From Octopus bimaculoides (taxonomy: Eukaryota), in contig NC_069003.1 of the NCBI RefSeq assembly GCF_001194135.2, positions 36,896,696-36,960,695 on the forward strand: a stretch of DNA of 64,000 nucleotides. Direction: 5' to 3'. The notes under the pieces were generated by a model. The model was not told the origin of the DNA and ran no database searches. It saw only the letters and a program-made list of their open reading frames with translations. Within the stretch, counting starts at the first letter, position 1. Every line of letters starts with the position of its first letter. Both the position numbers and the translations under genes were made by a program. Shown one piece after another: positions 51,334 through 64,000 of the stretch.

Positions 51334-51714
51334 CTGCAAAAAACAATCAAACAGAGTTAGCCTAATCAACTATAATTATAATAATGACAACAACAACAAA
51401 GTGGACCATCATAAAAATATAAAAAGTGGATTAAACTATTTTTTAATAAATATTTCATGCCAGATGCAACACACCTGAAATATCTGAAGAAGTGTCCAGA
51501 ATGATGTCTGCTGTCAGTCGTTAACGATCTCGCTCCTATCAGTTGATGATCGACACACTTGACGTTTACCAATTAATATAATTTCCAAGAAATGTCTTCA
51601 AATTATTTTATAATTTCTATATTGGTTGCTATAGTAACATTATTATCAGATCAACCAGTGACAACAAAAACAACAACAGATTAAAGCAACAAAGGTCCAG
51701 ACAAGAAGACTTAC

Positions 51715-51804
51715 CTCCGGCCACGCTATTAGCCAACTTCTTTAAATTACTCAAACTCTCGGCACCAAGCTGGTTCAAGATTCCAGGTAACATTTCAGCA
51801 ATTT
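51715..51804 (-). CDS. BTF3: BTF3 exon 4 ([30 protein letters not shown])
   Basis: [11 protein letters not shown] motif; ttgtag acceptor, G|GTAAGT donor. Confidence 0.96.
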
Positions 51805-52364
51805 CTACAAAGATACATTCAAAATAACCAACACAATTGAACCAAATCAAAGACACTACATTATCAAGTTTATATGTTCACACCTATTTCTATTAGGGTT
51901 TATAGATTTGCCAGAGAAAATATGTTGAAGCAATTAACAGTTAAACAAATTGACAAAATCTTTGAAATTCCAGTTGCATAAAGCACCAGTGAAGTACAGT
52001 TTTTGCTCCTGAAAAGCTCCAGAAATTCTATTTTCAGTTTTGAAATTGAACAAAAACTCTGACAAGTTAATGGCACTAAAGTCCAAAAACATCAACAGTT
52101 GAATCATCTGATCAAGCTGATTGAAGACAAAAGAATAAAGCAATTTCCAGTTTTAAAGACTTTTGCTGACAAAAGTTCAAATTGAATGACTTTCAAACTG
52201 AATTTGCGAAAAAGTTCTTCCAACATTTGTGTGACAGGCCTAGTTGACATAAAACAAGACAAACCTAATTTACAAGGAACACCTTATGAAACCTATCACA
52301 TGTGTATACATATTCAAAGAGAGAGAGAGAGAGAGAGAGAGCAGAATACCAAGTGTAAACTTAC

Positions 52365-52473
52365 GCCTTGTCTCTGCATGGCCGGTAATGGCAAAGGTGT
52401 TAGCTGTCAAGGACGCCTGTACTTTGGGGTTGTTGAAATGAATTACTTGACCATCTTCTTTGATCATGTTCAC
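52365..52473 (-). CDS. BTF3: BTF3 exon 3 ([36 protein letters not shown])
   Basis: NAC domain core; tgtag acceptor, C|GTAAGT donor. Confidence 0.97.
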
Positions 52474-53167
52474 CTACACAAAAAACAAAAATGCAAACAA
52501 TAAAATCCTTTCATTTATTGAAAGCAGGAGGCATCCCAAACCACAATGCCCAATTCACATCTATCAATCAAGTCAACTGTTTCATAACGAGTAAGTTATT
52601 AGTGGGAGTCTACTGACAATGAGTGATGGGGTCTGGAGATGTGTTGGAGTCATTCGATGAAGGGACAGGGGTAGCTGAGAGAGAGAGAGAGAGAAGTAAA
52701 ATGACGAGGCTGATACACACACGTCATCATTTAATGCCTGCTTGACCACGTTTACAAGGGCCAGAGGGAGCCCTCCCAGTCACTAACCCTTACCTGTTTC
52801 CAATCAATGTAATATTTCTCCCTGGCCAGACATGTTCTCACAGAATGACACAGCTTGTATGACAATCATTTTACAACTATCATGTAATATGAAGACAAGG
52901 GGACACTAACACAAACGTATACCTGGTGGTATTCTCCCATTCACCAAATCCACTTAGGGACAATAGTAGAAGACACTTGGGCCATACATGCTATGCAATA
53001 GGACCAAACCCCAAACCATATAAATATAGGCGTGTGTTGAAGGATCACTTTTATTCTTCCCCAACCATTTGCAACACAAATACACCAGCAAGCAAGGGAC
53101 ACGGGAGTTCNNNNNNNNNNTCAAATGCGACAATATAACCATCTTCAACCCCCCCCTACACACTCAC

Positions 53168-53281
53168 CTCTTCAATGCCAGAAATGTTGCTGACTGTCAA
53201 CTTCTTCAGCGAAACCTGCAACTTTTTGTCGTCGGTGGTGGCAGTGCGATGGACGACCTTCTTTTTCCTTCTGGCTGTTCC
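53168..53281 (-). CDS. BTF3: BTF3 exon 2 ([38 protein letters not shown])
   Basis: gacag acceptor, GAG|GTGAGT donor; RRKKK ribosome-binding motif of NAC-beta. Confidence 0.97.
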
Positions 53282-53996
53282 CTGTCAACAGAAATTACAA
53301 ACTGAATAACAGCAATTTAGAAACAAAGTGCTAATTGATAAATAACAACAGTAATGATTGCTACGAGAGACGGCACAGATCTACAGAATTTCTAAAAGGA
53401 GTCAGAAATCTGATGTTTTATGCTTTTCACTGACACGACCTCTACAACCAGATATTTGAATGTCAGAAGGTTATTTCTTGTTTCTTCTTCTATAACAAAC
53501 TGCCCCTCCCCTATAACTCATCATTCTAATGCCAGCCAAGTTCCACTGTAACCAATTCTCTAAAAAGCCATTTACACTGCATTTCCCAGACCTACTGCAA
53601 AGAAGATTTCAGCTCCAGAGCTGGTGACGAAGCATCCCATTAAATACAGTATGCTTTTGGTTTCTGCAACAAGGTCCAACTCGTGTTGGACCTTGTTACA
53701 AAGTTACAATGAAAACTAAGAGAAGCAGAATATAGAGCCCAGAGGGAAGCATATTGGAGAATATTGTCAACAGCCCATGCTTCAAAGGGATCAAATGTCT
53801 GAATGGCATTTAGTGTGAAGTTGTGGCATTGAAGAATTTTTCAAGAGCATCAGTGATGTGTATGGAACAAGTGTAGTGGTAGACTGAAGTGTAAATTAGG
53901 CGTTAGTCTTATCTTGATTCTAAAAAAGAAAGTACTAGCAAACACAGATCAGTGATTTTATTAAGAGCTAAATCTATAGAAGTTCAGTGTGCTTAC

Positions 53997-54059
53997 CTTA
54001 CCACCAATACGGATATCTTTCACCTGATTCTGAAGCTGTCGTAACTTTTCAGCATTCAT
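53997..54059 (-). CDS. BTF3: BTF3 / NAC beta subunit, coding exon 1 of 6; complement(join(50548..50594,51271..51333,51715..51804,52365..52473,53168..53281,53997..54059)), 161 aa
   Basis: MNAEKLRQLQNQVKDIRIGGK, AAG|GTAAGC donor; typical NAC-beta N-terminus. Confidence 0.93.
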
Positions 54060-54148
54060 GTTTTGTCTGAATTAATTTAAATGTATAAATACAAAACCTG
54101 AAAATACAGAACAAAATCTCAGACATAATAATAATATAAACGTAATGC

Positions 54149-54182
<34 letters not shown>

Positions 54183-57100
54183 GAACAGTCGAAATAGGAC
54201 TTCCAGACAGACGTCAACTCTGAAGAAGACAAATTCTAACCGTTGTACTCTCAATGAACTTATATTGCAATTCTATTCAATGAATTACATAAAACCTGGA
54301 AAAATGAGCTCATGTGAAAAAAAGAAACGAAAAAAGCCTCTCAGGCAAAACCAAGATACAGGAGAGAACTATTTTGTCAGAAGCCTAGCAACAGAGGCAT
54401 TTTGGATTTGTGAAGTGTGTAAATGTAAATCCACTTCTCTGAGCAGATAATGCCCAGGTGAAGCAACAGCTAAATGAACTGAAGGTAATAAGGCACTCGG
54501 ATCCAGAAATACCAACAGTGAGATTTGAACCAATGATCAAGGGGTATAATCTTTTCCTTACTTTTCCCCTAAACATGTGGGAAGGAAGCAAGCGGAAACC
54601 CACTACAAACAGGGTCATTGCAATTGCGGTGGGGTTGTTCTGACAGCAGGAAAAGGAAGCTAAATGCAGGGTAATTCTCTCAACTGGAGCAAAAGCTGTG
54701 TTTGGCTGAGGAAATAACAGCAACACACCAAAGGGAGGAGCCAAGCCTCGTTCATCACATTTCCACAAAAAGCTTCAGGTGTAAAAAAAAAAAAATTCTG
54801 TCTATTAAACATTACACAATAGACAGAGAGTGGGGTCAGTTGACGGCATCATATGTTGGCTGATGCAGGAGTTTCCAAGACTTAAGTCTGCACAAGAAAC
54901 CAGTTTCAAAGTCACCCTTCCCGACCAGTCTACTGCTTCTGTCTGGCAAGAAGGTGTGAAGATCAACAATCCAGGACCTAATCCATTCCTAAACAAAATA
55001 AGCAACTAACTCTTGCCTCCACAACATTCCACAAGCTTTCTGAATATTGAGAAGCCAACTGTATAACACACACACGCACACAAGGATAGAAGGAATTGAA
55101 AGAAAATATTTTAATTATAAATGCTATTTACTTAATTGCTAATCAAGATGTGCAATATAGTAAATAATTTTCTTTTTTTTAATTAACATCACCAAGTAGA
55201 GGCTGGCAGGGACAAGGTCTTTATCATATAAATGTAGAAGTGAAGTGGCCTGCTTGAATATATATATTCATAAATTATCAGGTCAAGAGTTCAACTGTTT
55301 CATGACAATTTCTTTGTGATGTGTTTTGGTGACTGTAACAGGCTGGCACCATATCCAAGAAATGTTACCAAATCTGGCTGCTCAATAGTTTTAAACATTA
55401 CCAAATGCTATTGCACAGCTGCAGTTTTATCCTATGAAGTGGATGACAATTTACAATGGGATAGGAAGCCAATCTACTACACAGGACATTCTCACATCTT
55501 GGAAATGCAGGAAAAAACCATCCTCTACCACCATATTTGAAAAGATCCCCTGGAAGAGGGAGGTCAATGCAGCAATCACAAGATAATCCCTATCTCCGTG
55601 ACACATTAGCTTAATACTCATAAATAACGACTCCATCTTTCTCTTCTCCCTTCCTCCACACAACCCCCCCCCNNNNNNNNNNCCCCATGCACATATTAAT
55701 TAACAGCTGTTAACTTAATTAAGACAGCCGGATTCATTAACCAAATGTATAAGCTTCAAGCATCGATTTACCCTCCTCATTAATTATTTTTCTCTCTGGA
55801 CAGAAAATAAGCCCAAGTTGAATTCGTTACTCAAGTTAGTTCTTACCAGACAGGAGGGCCACCAATTCAATAGTTTGGAACGCCTTATACACACACACAA
55901 AGCTTTTAGCAATGATCCAACGGCTTAACTCAGCAGTTCTTAAATCTTTACATAATACTCTACTGCAAACATTTCTTATTCAACTCACTTTACAAACGAC
56001 AATGTATTTTCTTCCTCCAGTTCAAAGCAGCTTAACTAAAATAATAGTTAATTATAAGGAAAACGCACCAGATCAGGCCTACAGATGTGGTTAATAGTTG
56101 AGAGAGAGTCGGGAAAATACGATATAATCAAGAACAATCTCATTAGAGAAATGCTTTAATTGCCAGAGTTGTTCTTGAATAGAATCAACTCAGCAGGCAC
56201 TGGTATCCCACCACAAGTGTTACCAATGAAATACGTTGACCATTTATACGAATCACCTGAACTTTTAATGTTCGTGACGGAGGGACTCGGCAGGAAACGT
56301 GGACAAGGAATACGCCACTTTCTTTACAGGTACAAGATTATACACACTTTAACCTGCACTATTTAACAAAGCCAAAACAATCATCATCATCATCATCATC
56401 ATCATAAAAATAAATACGTTAAGGAGGAAAGTACTCGTGGGTAACACATCCGGTAGAACGAGAGTACAGTGATTTAAATAGAGAGAGAGGAGGAGGAGGT
56501 GAGAGTGTGTATGAGATGTGGGGTGTCTGCCAAACAAGGTATCGACATTGAAACACAGCAGAACCAGGGTGGCGGGAGGAGGAAAGAAACTCCCCAACAG
56601 ACACACGTGGGTAAAATGTAGTCTTGGACAAGTTCGCCATACAATTATTTAATAGGAAGAAAGGAATAAATAATAGATACGTAAAAACTATTAAATTTAT
56701 TAAAACACAATGTGATATCATATGGTAGGTCATCAGACTACACACGGTTTCGAGAACGAAGCCGCCTCGTCCACTATTTTTAGTCTTTAATAAGAATCGG
56801 TTAATTAATTATTGGAACGAAGCGAACGTTCCAACACAGAATTTCGCCGCCGGAAGATCCGTCCCTCGTTCGTCTCTCCACATCCACCTTCTTCTAACTA
56901 TTGGATGGGAGCAGAGATGAAAAAGTGCTAGAAAACCAACATCTTAAACATTTCTTAAAACCGTACAGCATGAAATAAACGTTACATAACTGTTCTAATA
57001 TTTATTTAGCTGTTTGGGGGAGGCCGACTGACATAGCAACCCATAGGACAACGAGGCTCTATAGCACAACATGCTAGAAATAGTAGCCAAATTTTCTAGT

Positions 57101-58080
57101 CTTACAGTCCCATTGCTAAAGATTGAAATCACTAAATCCTGTTCTGAAAGTCGAGTGACTAACATAAATTTTACACTGGTTACAAGACCCAAAAAATATT
57201 TCTACCGATGACCACCACTGTCGGCTCTACTTCAGTGGAACCGTCCCCTGTATAACGAACACCAACACTGAACCAAAGTTCCAAACTATGGCTATTTGGC
57301 ATCACACTGTCGAAGGATCCCAAAGCTACCACATGCTGCTGCTAAGTTGTTTTTTTTTTTTTGTAAAAACTCGAGACATAATGATGACAGCGAATGGAGA
57401 CGTTTTCACCTAACTACACCTGTCCACAAAGAACAACCGCCTACTACACTGGCTCAACAAAAGTGAGAACGTAATGCTAAACAAAGAAAGCGAAATAAAT
57501 AAATAAATAAATGATCAAAGAGAGAAAAAAAATTCTTTTGTAGCCTGTTAGTAAGTGAAATGGCTGAAAACACGATTAATACGCGACTAACAAAGTAACG
57601 CTGCCGAGAGTCTAAATATAGACTTACCTTTTTACCTTACACACTTAAGTAGCTTCACTTTCTTACTACTACTACTACCCCCCCCCCACACACACCAAGT
57701 TATCAACCTGGGAGTTATTCATAAAACTTTATAATTAAACTTCTAACGACCAACAACATCCACCGACCTGTGAAGCAACTCTATAAACGCGAGATGAAGA
57801 GATGGGTGTTGTGATGTTCATCACCTTCCGGGCATGCAGATCTAATCAAAATGACAATGTTTACATACATACTCTCCATTCCTATTAACATTATACAGTA
57901 TATATATATATATATATATATATATGATAGATAGATAGATAACGCACCCATTACACTCGGAGGGGTTGCGTTATGAAGGGCATCCAGCCATAGAAACCGT
58001 ACCAAATCAGACTGGAATCTGGTGCAGCACCTCAGCTTACCAGCCCTGGTCAAACCACCTAACCCATGCCAGCATGAACA

Positions 58081-58113
<33 letters not shown>

Positions 58114-58139
58114 TGAAGCTGTTCCAACGAAGAATAGTA

Positions 58140-58870
58140 ACTGGAAAACTGCAGAATCAGGTCATCAAGAACATTGGTGCACCTCTCAAAGAAAAGTTAA
58201 TTGGCTGACCACGAAATCTTGCAAGCATTAGTTTCAACTCTTAATGATGCTGCAGTTTTATCAACAGTGCAAAATTGGGCAGTTGAATTTAGGAGGGGAA
58301 GGGAGAGTCTTGGAGATGAGAAAAAGGGACTGGATGTCCTGCAACTGCCACCACAAAGGAAAATATTGGTTGCATTCACCATATGCTGATGGATGACAGG
58401 AGATTGACTCTAAATCAAATAGCCAATGCTGCTAGCATAGCCTGTGAGAGAGTTGAGAATATTCTGCATGATGAACTGGACAAAGGTTTCTGTTCACTGG
58501 ATGCCACATCTGACATCTCATCAGAAGTGCACCAAGCTGATCACATCACTGGTAAATTTGACATTGTTTGGGGCAGATCCAGCTCGTTTCCTTACCCAGG
58601 ATTTATACTGGCTTCATCACTTTGAGCCAGAAAAAATGGGACAATCCATGCAGTGGAAGCACCCCTCCTCACCTGCCCCAAACAAAGCCACGGTTGTTTC
58701 ATCTGCAGGGAAGGTGATGGCCTCAGCATTTCGGGGATGCAAAAGGCATTGTGTTTATTGACTATCTTGAAAAAAAAAACCCCAGACCATCAATGGAAAG
58801 TACTATGTCAAACACCCAGGAAAACTGACAAAAGGGGTCTTGTTTCATCAGGACAATGCATTCCTTGAGA
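58140..58870 (+). mobile_element. Degenerate mariner (Tc1/mariner) transposase remnant
   Basis: Frameshifted pieces: VQNWAVEFRRGRESLGDE (HTH region), LMDDRRLT, KVSVHWMPHL (WVPHEL-like), WLHHFEPE...QSMQWKHPSSPAPNKA, SAGKVMAS; several frameshifts; no intact ORF or TIRs seen. Confidence 0.85.
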
Positions 58871-58999
58871 GTATCTTGGTCAGACTATGAACCTTTCGGC
58901 CAACCCACATACTCTGACAATCTCATTTGAGGTACCATAGTCCAAGAGGCTATGAAATACGACTTTTCCGTTGACACAATCAAAGGTTTTGAAATAACC

Positions 59000-60360
59000 C
59001 ATAAATAAAACCGATTCTTGTCCCTTCGACAATTCTGTGGTTAATGTTGATCTGCCATCATGGAAGCCATTTTGGTTCTACCTGAAGAAGAGACCAATAT
59101 GAAAGGAAATTATATCAAGAAGCCAAGAGGTGTAGATTTTTGAGGCAAGAAGTGAGGATATGATTCCTCTGAAATGAATGGAGATCATGTTTCTTTGAAG
59201 ACTTTGAGAAGGCTGTCAGTTTGTTTTCTTTAGAGATCTGGTTACCAAAATCCAAAGATGTTTGTGGAAGAGAAGATGCTTCCAAATGATGGCTGGGTGC
59301 TATCTGCTACTTTGTGGTTGAAGAAATGATCATCATTAAGTTAGGTGCTGCACAGTTCTCCTTTAGTCAGTTTTTTTCCCCTCTCTTGCTTTGCAAATCA
59401 TTAAAGACACCCTCTTCTTGATAAGTTACAGCAGAGCTGGCCCCAACACAGCGATATGCTTGCTTTTATTATGGAAGGTGTTAAACCTATATTTTAGTCT
59501 CCCCAGTGGACTCAGATTGCTGGTTTCTTCGGTTCTTCTCGAGCCTGTTGTTACCTGCTTATTGGAAGCAAAGGCTAGGGTCTGCATTCTCTTCTTTGAA
59601 GCATTTCCAGTGTTGTGTGTCTCAGTTTGGGGTGTCTATATATATGCAGCACTGTTATTATCCTCAAGTCTGTCACAGAGAACGATGGTTTTGTTGTCTA
59701 CAGCAGCTGTAAACTCCTTGCATAGGTTAGCATTACCTGCTATTTTTTTCCCCACTTGAGTAGTTTCATAGAATTTCTGATTAGTATTTGGTTCTTGTGG
59801 CATTTGCATAAAATAATTCTGGTCATATTTAACATCCTCCCCCCTTTTAATGCTAATAATTCATTTCTTTGTAGTTGGAATATAACTCAAGGCTGAGTGC
59901 TGGAGTTGTGTTAATTGTAGCTGTTTGTTCCTGATAGAACTGGGAGTTCATTCTATGGGCTTCAGCAGCAGGGAACCATGTTTACTGTGTTTCATGACAT
60001 ACTCAACACATTTCTTCATGCTGATAACAACATTAAGGGACTTTTGGAGAAAATACTTTTCCAGTGGCAGCATTCCTCTTATTCTTTCTCTTGCATGTGT
60101 AACTCTGCCATGGGTCATAACAGAACTGGAAGTAAAGTGAGTTAATTCCATTCTTAATATCTGGGGTTTCCCAACGTTAGACCTTGGCGCACACACACAC
60201 ACACAAGCACGAGTATGTTTAAGAGTCTCACCTCCTAACATTGTTTTGGAGTTTACAGTGAAGTGTAACCCGAGGCAAAGTGGATCAGGGAGATGGAAAC
60301 CAAAAGCTTGTTTGGATACATGTTTGCACTTCTCCATCATTTCCCCCTGGCTTTGTATCC
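59000..60360 (-). mobile_element. Probable highly degraded LINE fragments
   Basis: Non-repetitive, coding-like composition with many stops; no clear motif recovered, so the assignment is tentative. Confidence 0.3.
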
Positions 60361-63300
60361 TTGATGTATGGAACAAGATATCCTTTATTTTGTAAATCAG
60401 ATAATGATTAGTGACAGGAAGAGAATCCAGCTGTAAAACAATGCATCAATAATACATTCATCTAACCCATGCCGGCATTGAAAAACGGATGTAATAACAA
60501 ATGAACTAGTCTATGCAAAAATGGATTTTAATCAGAATTTCTGACCACAAATTGATCAAGCGGATTGGCGGCTGGGTAATCTTGGATTACAGGCTTCTAC
60601 ATAGTTTCCGTCTACACAATTTTACTCACAACGTATGTGCTAGCCCCAGGCTACAGAAAATGAATTTTATCCAACATGCCATGCAGCAGGATTGAAACCA
60701 AGAAAACTTCTTAACCATCCAGCCCCACTGCACCTAAAAAGAGGATTTGGTAGACACACCAAAAGTCCATTTTCAGTGTGTGCGTGTGTGTATATGCTTG
60801 TCCAGACACGATGGTTGTAAACGAGCATCACCACCATACAGGTGAGGTGGTTTGTCTCCAGACTTCCATAAGAAAACATAGGAAAATGTTACCTTGCTTA
60901 GGAACTGGTGAGGGTTGGCGACAGGAAGGGCATAAGGCCACAGAAAACCTGCTTCAACACTCGGACTATCTTTTCCTGAATGGCATATCAATTGCAGTGA
61001 ATTCTTGAGATCATTTCCCTTTCTCATTCGGATTTGGAACCAATTGCTAACAAGCGATTAGTTTATCCTCTCAAAAAGCAATAATTTATCTTGTAGGTTA
61101 TTTAATATACCTTTATTATAGACACGCACACACACAAATGTATACCCCCCTTCCACCATCGACTCGGTTTCTTTTATAACGACAGAAAAACACTTTTTTT
61201 TAGTAGAAATTTTGCAGTGATATTCGAGAATATAGAATACAATTAGATTGATAAAATTTAGTAAAACATTACCCCCCCCCCCCAAAAAAAAACTTGTTTA
61301 GAACATCAACATTACGTGATCCACACTCTCTAAAAACGTATTTGCGCAAAACGTCATTAAAAAAAATGCAATTTAAAAAGAATTATGAGGAAACAAAAGA
61401 GGGGAAGAAATGATCCGAAACGCCTCCAAAAAACAACAAAAAATATATATTTTAATGTTATCAAATTAATGGCAATTCTCACCCTCGGAAACGTATCTAA
61501 AATTTCATAAAAATACACAGCACTTTTGAAGAGACTATGTGGAATGGAGGTGTTATAGAAGTAGTTTGATTTTTTTATATAGATGTAGTTTATAGGATCG
61601 CCTCGTAACCACGTGGTTTTAGGTTCAAATCCTAATGCGCGGCTCCATTAATAGCACCGGAGAGACCAAGCCTTTGTAAATAGACGGAAATTGTAAGAAG
61701 CCTGTTGTGCGTGTCTTTGAATGTCTCAAACCGCTAGACAACCGGTGTTGGTTGGTTTGTTTTCGTAACTTGGCGACTTGATTAAAACAAGTACCGGGGG
61801 GTCAATATGATCGACTAAATCCTTCAAAGAGGCGCTCCAGTATGGCCTCTGGCATGAAGTATAGAAAAAAAATACATAAGAACAGTATACATGTATGTAT
61901 AAATAAATACACACACACACATAGCTGTCATACGATTCTGGCGTTACTAAGAATCCGCAAGCAATAAGTTTTCACTTCAACATCTTGAGGTGCCCAGCCT
62001 AAAGATTTCTTCGATGCAAAAATTGTTTTTTAATTAATTTCCTTTAGCAAATCACAATTAAAGTTTACAATAATAAATCAATATATTCCTATAATTTTTG
62101 AAAGAGTAAAATTTCTCCTCATAGGGTTTTTAAAAATTTATTTTTAGAAACATATTCTGTGTTCTTTTCACAAGGAGGAACTTATTCCGTTTATCATTTT
62201 GTCCACGTTTTTTTTTTTGCTACGTCCTGTACCCAGATATGCATCTATATATACATGCAGATGTAGGTATGTACATACATATACTCATATATTATTTGTG
62301 TGTATATATATATATACATATTATTATATAGTCGTTGGTATGTACGTATCTTATTACACACACGGCACTCACATTTAGCTCGAGATACAATTATAGCTTA
62401 TTCCAGAATCCCTAATACACATTATAGACAATAAATGCACGTTTAATGATCAATATATATTTAGATTCACACACATATTTATCTTCCTACACCTCTGCCC
62501 CACATGTGACCGAACGGCATTGACACTTTTCCCCAAAACCTGAATCCACGATCATCTTTTTTTTTTTTTTTTCTTTTTTTGTAATTTTTATCTCGACTCA
62601 GAAAATAATTCTGGTATCTTTTTTTGCCCTTTCTGAAAACAAAAACATACTGTAAATATCAAATAGACGACGGGCTGTACGTTAATCGATGGCTATCTGT
62701 AATTTCTAGGCCCGTGTTAAGGGTGTCAGGGTACTTACCCGAAGTTGGTGAAACGAACAAGAAATTCCACGAGGGGCGAACGAAGAGAGACGAAGCCAAG
62801 ACTGGTGACGTCACAACTAATGGACTGATAACCCCGAAACTAAAGTACACACTGCAAATAAAGATTCGTTTTTGGAAAGTTATTGGTGTTTTAATTTATA
62901 TTTTAATATTTAATAGAGTATCTATGGGCATTCAAATGCGTTACATAAGGGTGTAGGTTTGTTGCAGTTCGAGAAAACAGTAATATATTTGACTTTCATT
63001 GTAACTCTCCTCTCTATCCCTCTCTATATGTATTATTTATAATCATGCAAATTTTAAAATATCAATAAATGCATAGAATATAGTAATTAAAGACTGCTTA
63101 AGGGTAAAAAGGAGATGTTTTAATTGTTTTGTCTATTTATCCAGCCTTTTTATTGATTAATTTTATCGTTTTCAACTTAGCGCCATATGAATAGTGGTAG
63201 GAAGAGGAGATATATGAGTAGTAGAAGTAGAGATTAGAGGTTATATGTGTTGGATGTCATCAACGTCACTATATATTGGCGGGAAAGTGTGTTGAATAGA

Positions 63301-63473
63301 GAAAAGGGAACCGGACGGGATTGTGCTGAGTTTCAGATAAACAACGGGGAATAAAGGAAGAGAGAGAGAGAGAGACGTAGAAAAGAAACCAAACCTCCTA
63401 CTGAGAATTAGGAAAAGAATAACAAAAGCCGAGTCGAAGTCGGAAGTTGTTTGTGTCTCAAAATCCAGCAGCT

Positions 63474-63532
63474 ATGTCTTCTGTCGCAGAACCATCCAGT
63501 TCCGCTGCCAGTGGCTCTCCCAGTAAAGAAAG
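63474..63532 (+). CDS. Candidate first coding exon of an unidentified gene (MSSVAEPSSSAASGSPSKE)
   Basis: gcagctATG start, AG|GTAAGA donor, CGGAAGT (ETS-like) at 63441 just upstream; no homology recognised and no downstream exon found in the window. Confidence 0.35.
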
Positions 63533-63811
63533 GTAAGAGCTACAACTATCAAAGTCATTGCTAAAGTAATAAGGCAGACTTTTGGTGAATTATGAATTAT
63601 TTTCGCAGAATTTAATGTAAATAGTATTAAGTCTTTGGACAACTTCTTCAACGGACCCATCGCCGAAAGTGGACCCAGGAATCCGGTTTTGCCGGCATTT
63701 CTGCTTCCACTTCCTTCACTTTGTTTCTTAACGCCTTTCTTTCTGTCGTCGACGTATGATCTCTCACTCTTTCTCTCTCTGTATGTATGTATGTATATAT
63801 ATATATGATAT

Positions 63812-63842
<31 letters not shown>

Positions 63843-64000
63843 AACCTTTTATACACAACACAAATATTACAGTCATTGCATAACGACCCTCTTAGATGGC
63901 GATAGTGACAATTTCTCACTGTTCCTTTTCCGTTTATTCAATTCTCTCGCATGTTGTTTCGTGAAGCGGTATAAATGGTGGTCGGTTTGTTTATAGTTCC

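Noticed and set aside
53463-53524. Possible C/D snoRNA in a BTF3 intron (ATGATGA...CTGA on the - strand)
   Set aside because: No terminal stem, no C'/D' boxes, and a low-complexity interior with no recognisable rRNA guide.
57622-57630. Perfect AAG|GTAAGT donor on the - strand as a BTF3 5'-UTR exon
   Set aside because: BTF3 probably has a non-coding first exon (acceptors precede the ATG), but several candidate donors exist in 54100-57700 and none can be chosen without transcripts.

Overview
Eukaryotic, AT-rich, microsatellite-dense genomic DNA with several N-gaps. The repeat landscape suggests a coleoid cephalopod, probably Octopus (inference). Four spliced genes were reconstructed by hand, exon by exon, with consistent phases. 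(1) A + strand GPx4/PHGPx-type glutathione peroxidase (6 exons, 20148-32034, 217 aa) has an in-frame TGA at the catalytic position and a well-formed SECIS hairpin 75 nt after the stop, so it is a selenoprotein that the ORF track fragments. It also has a signal-peptide-like N-terminus and a possible alternative Met-only first exon. (2,3) Two tandem - strand DHRS11-like short-chain dehydrogenases (7 exons each). Copy B (33637-37102, 250 aa) has an intact YxxxK motif and one GC-AG intron. Copy A (42213-45666, 261 aa) has an intact frame but Phe in place of the catalytic Tyr. Their exon 2 is about 97% identical while exons 1, 3 and 4 are about 73-79% identical, suggesting localised gene conversion. 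(4) A - strand BTF3/NAC-beta (6 coding exons, 50548-54059, 161 aa). The rest is SINE-like repeats, RTE-type LINE and mariner remnants, microsatellites, and a 173-bp-arm foldback in GPx intron 1. Bases 1-20000 contain no gene I can identify. No rRNA, convincing tRNA or CRISPR array was found. Identity values are hand counts.
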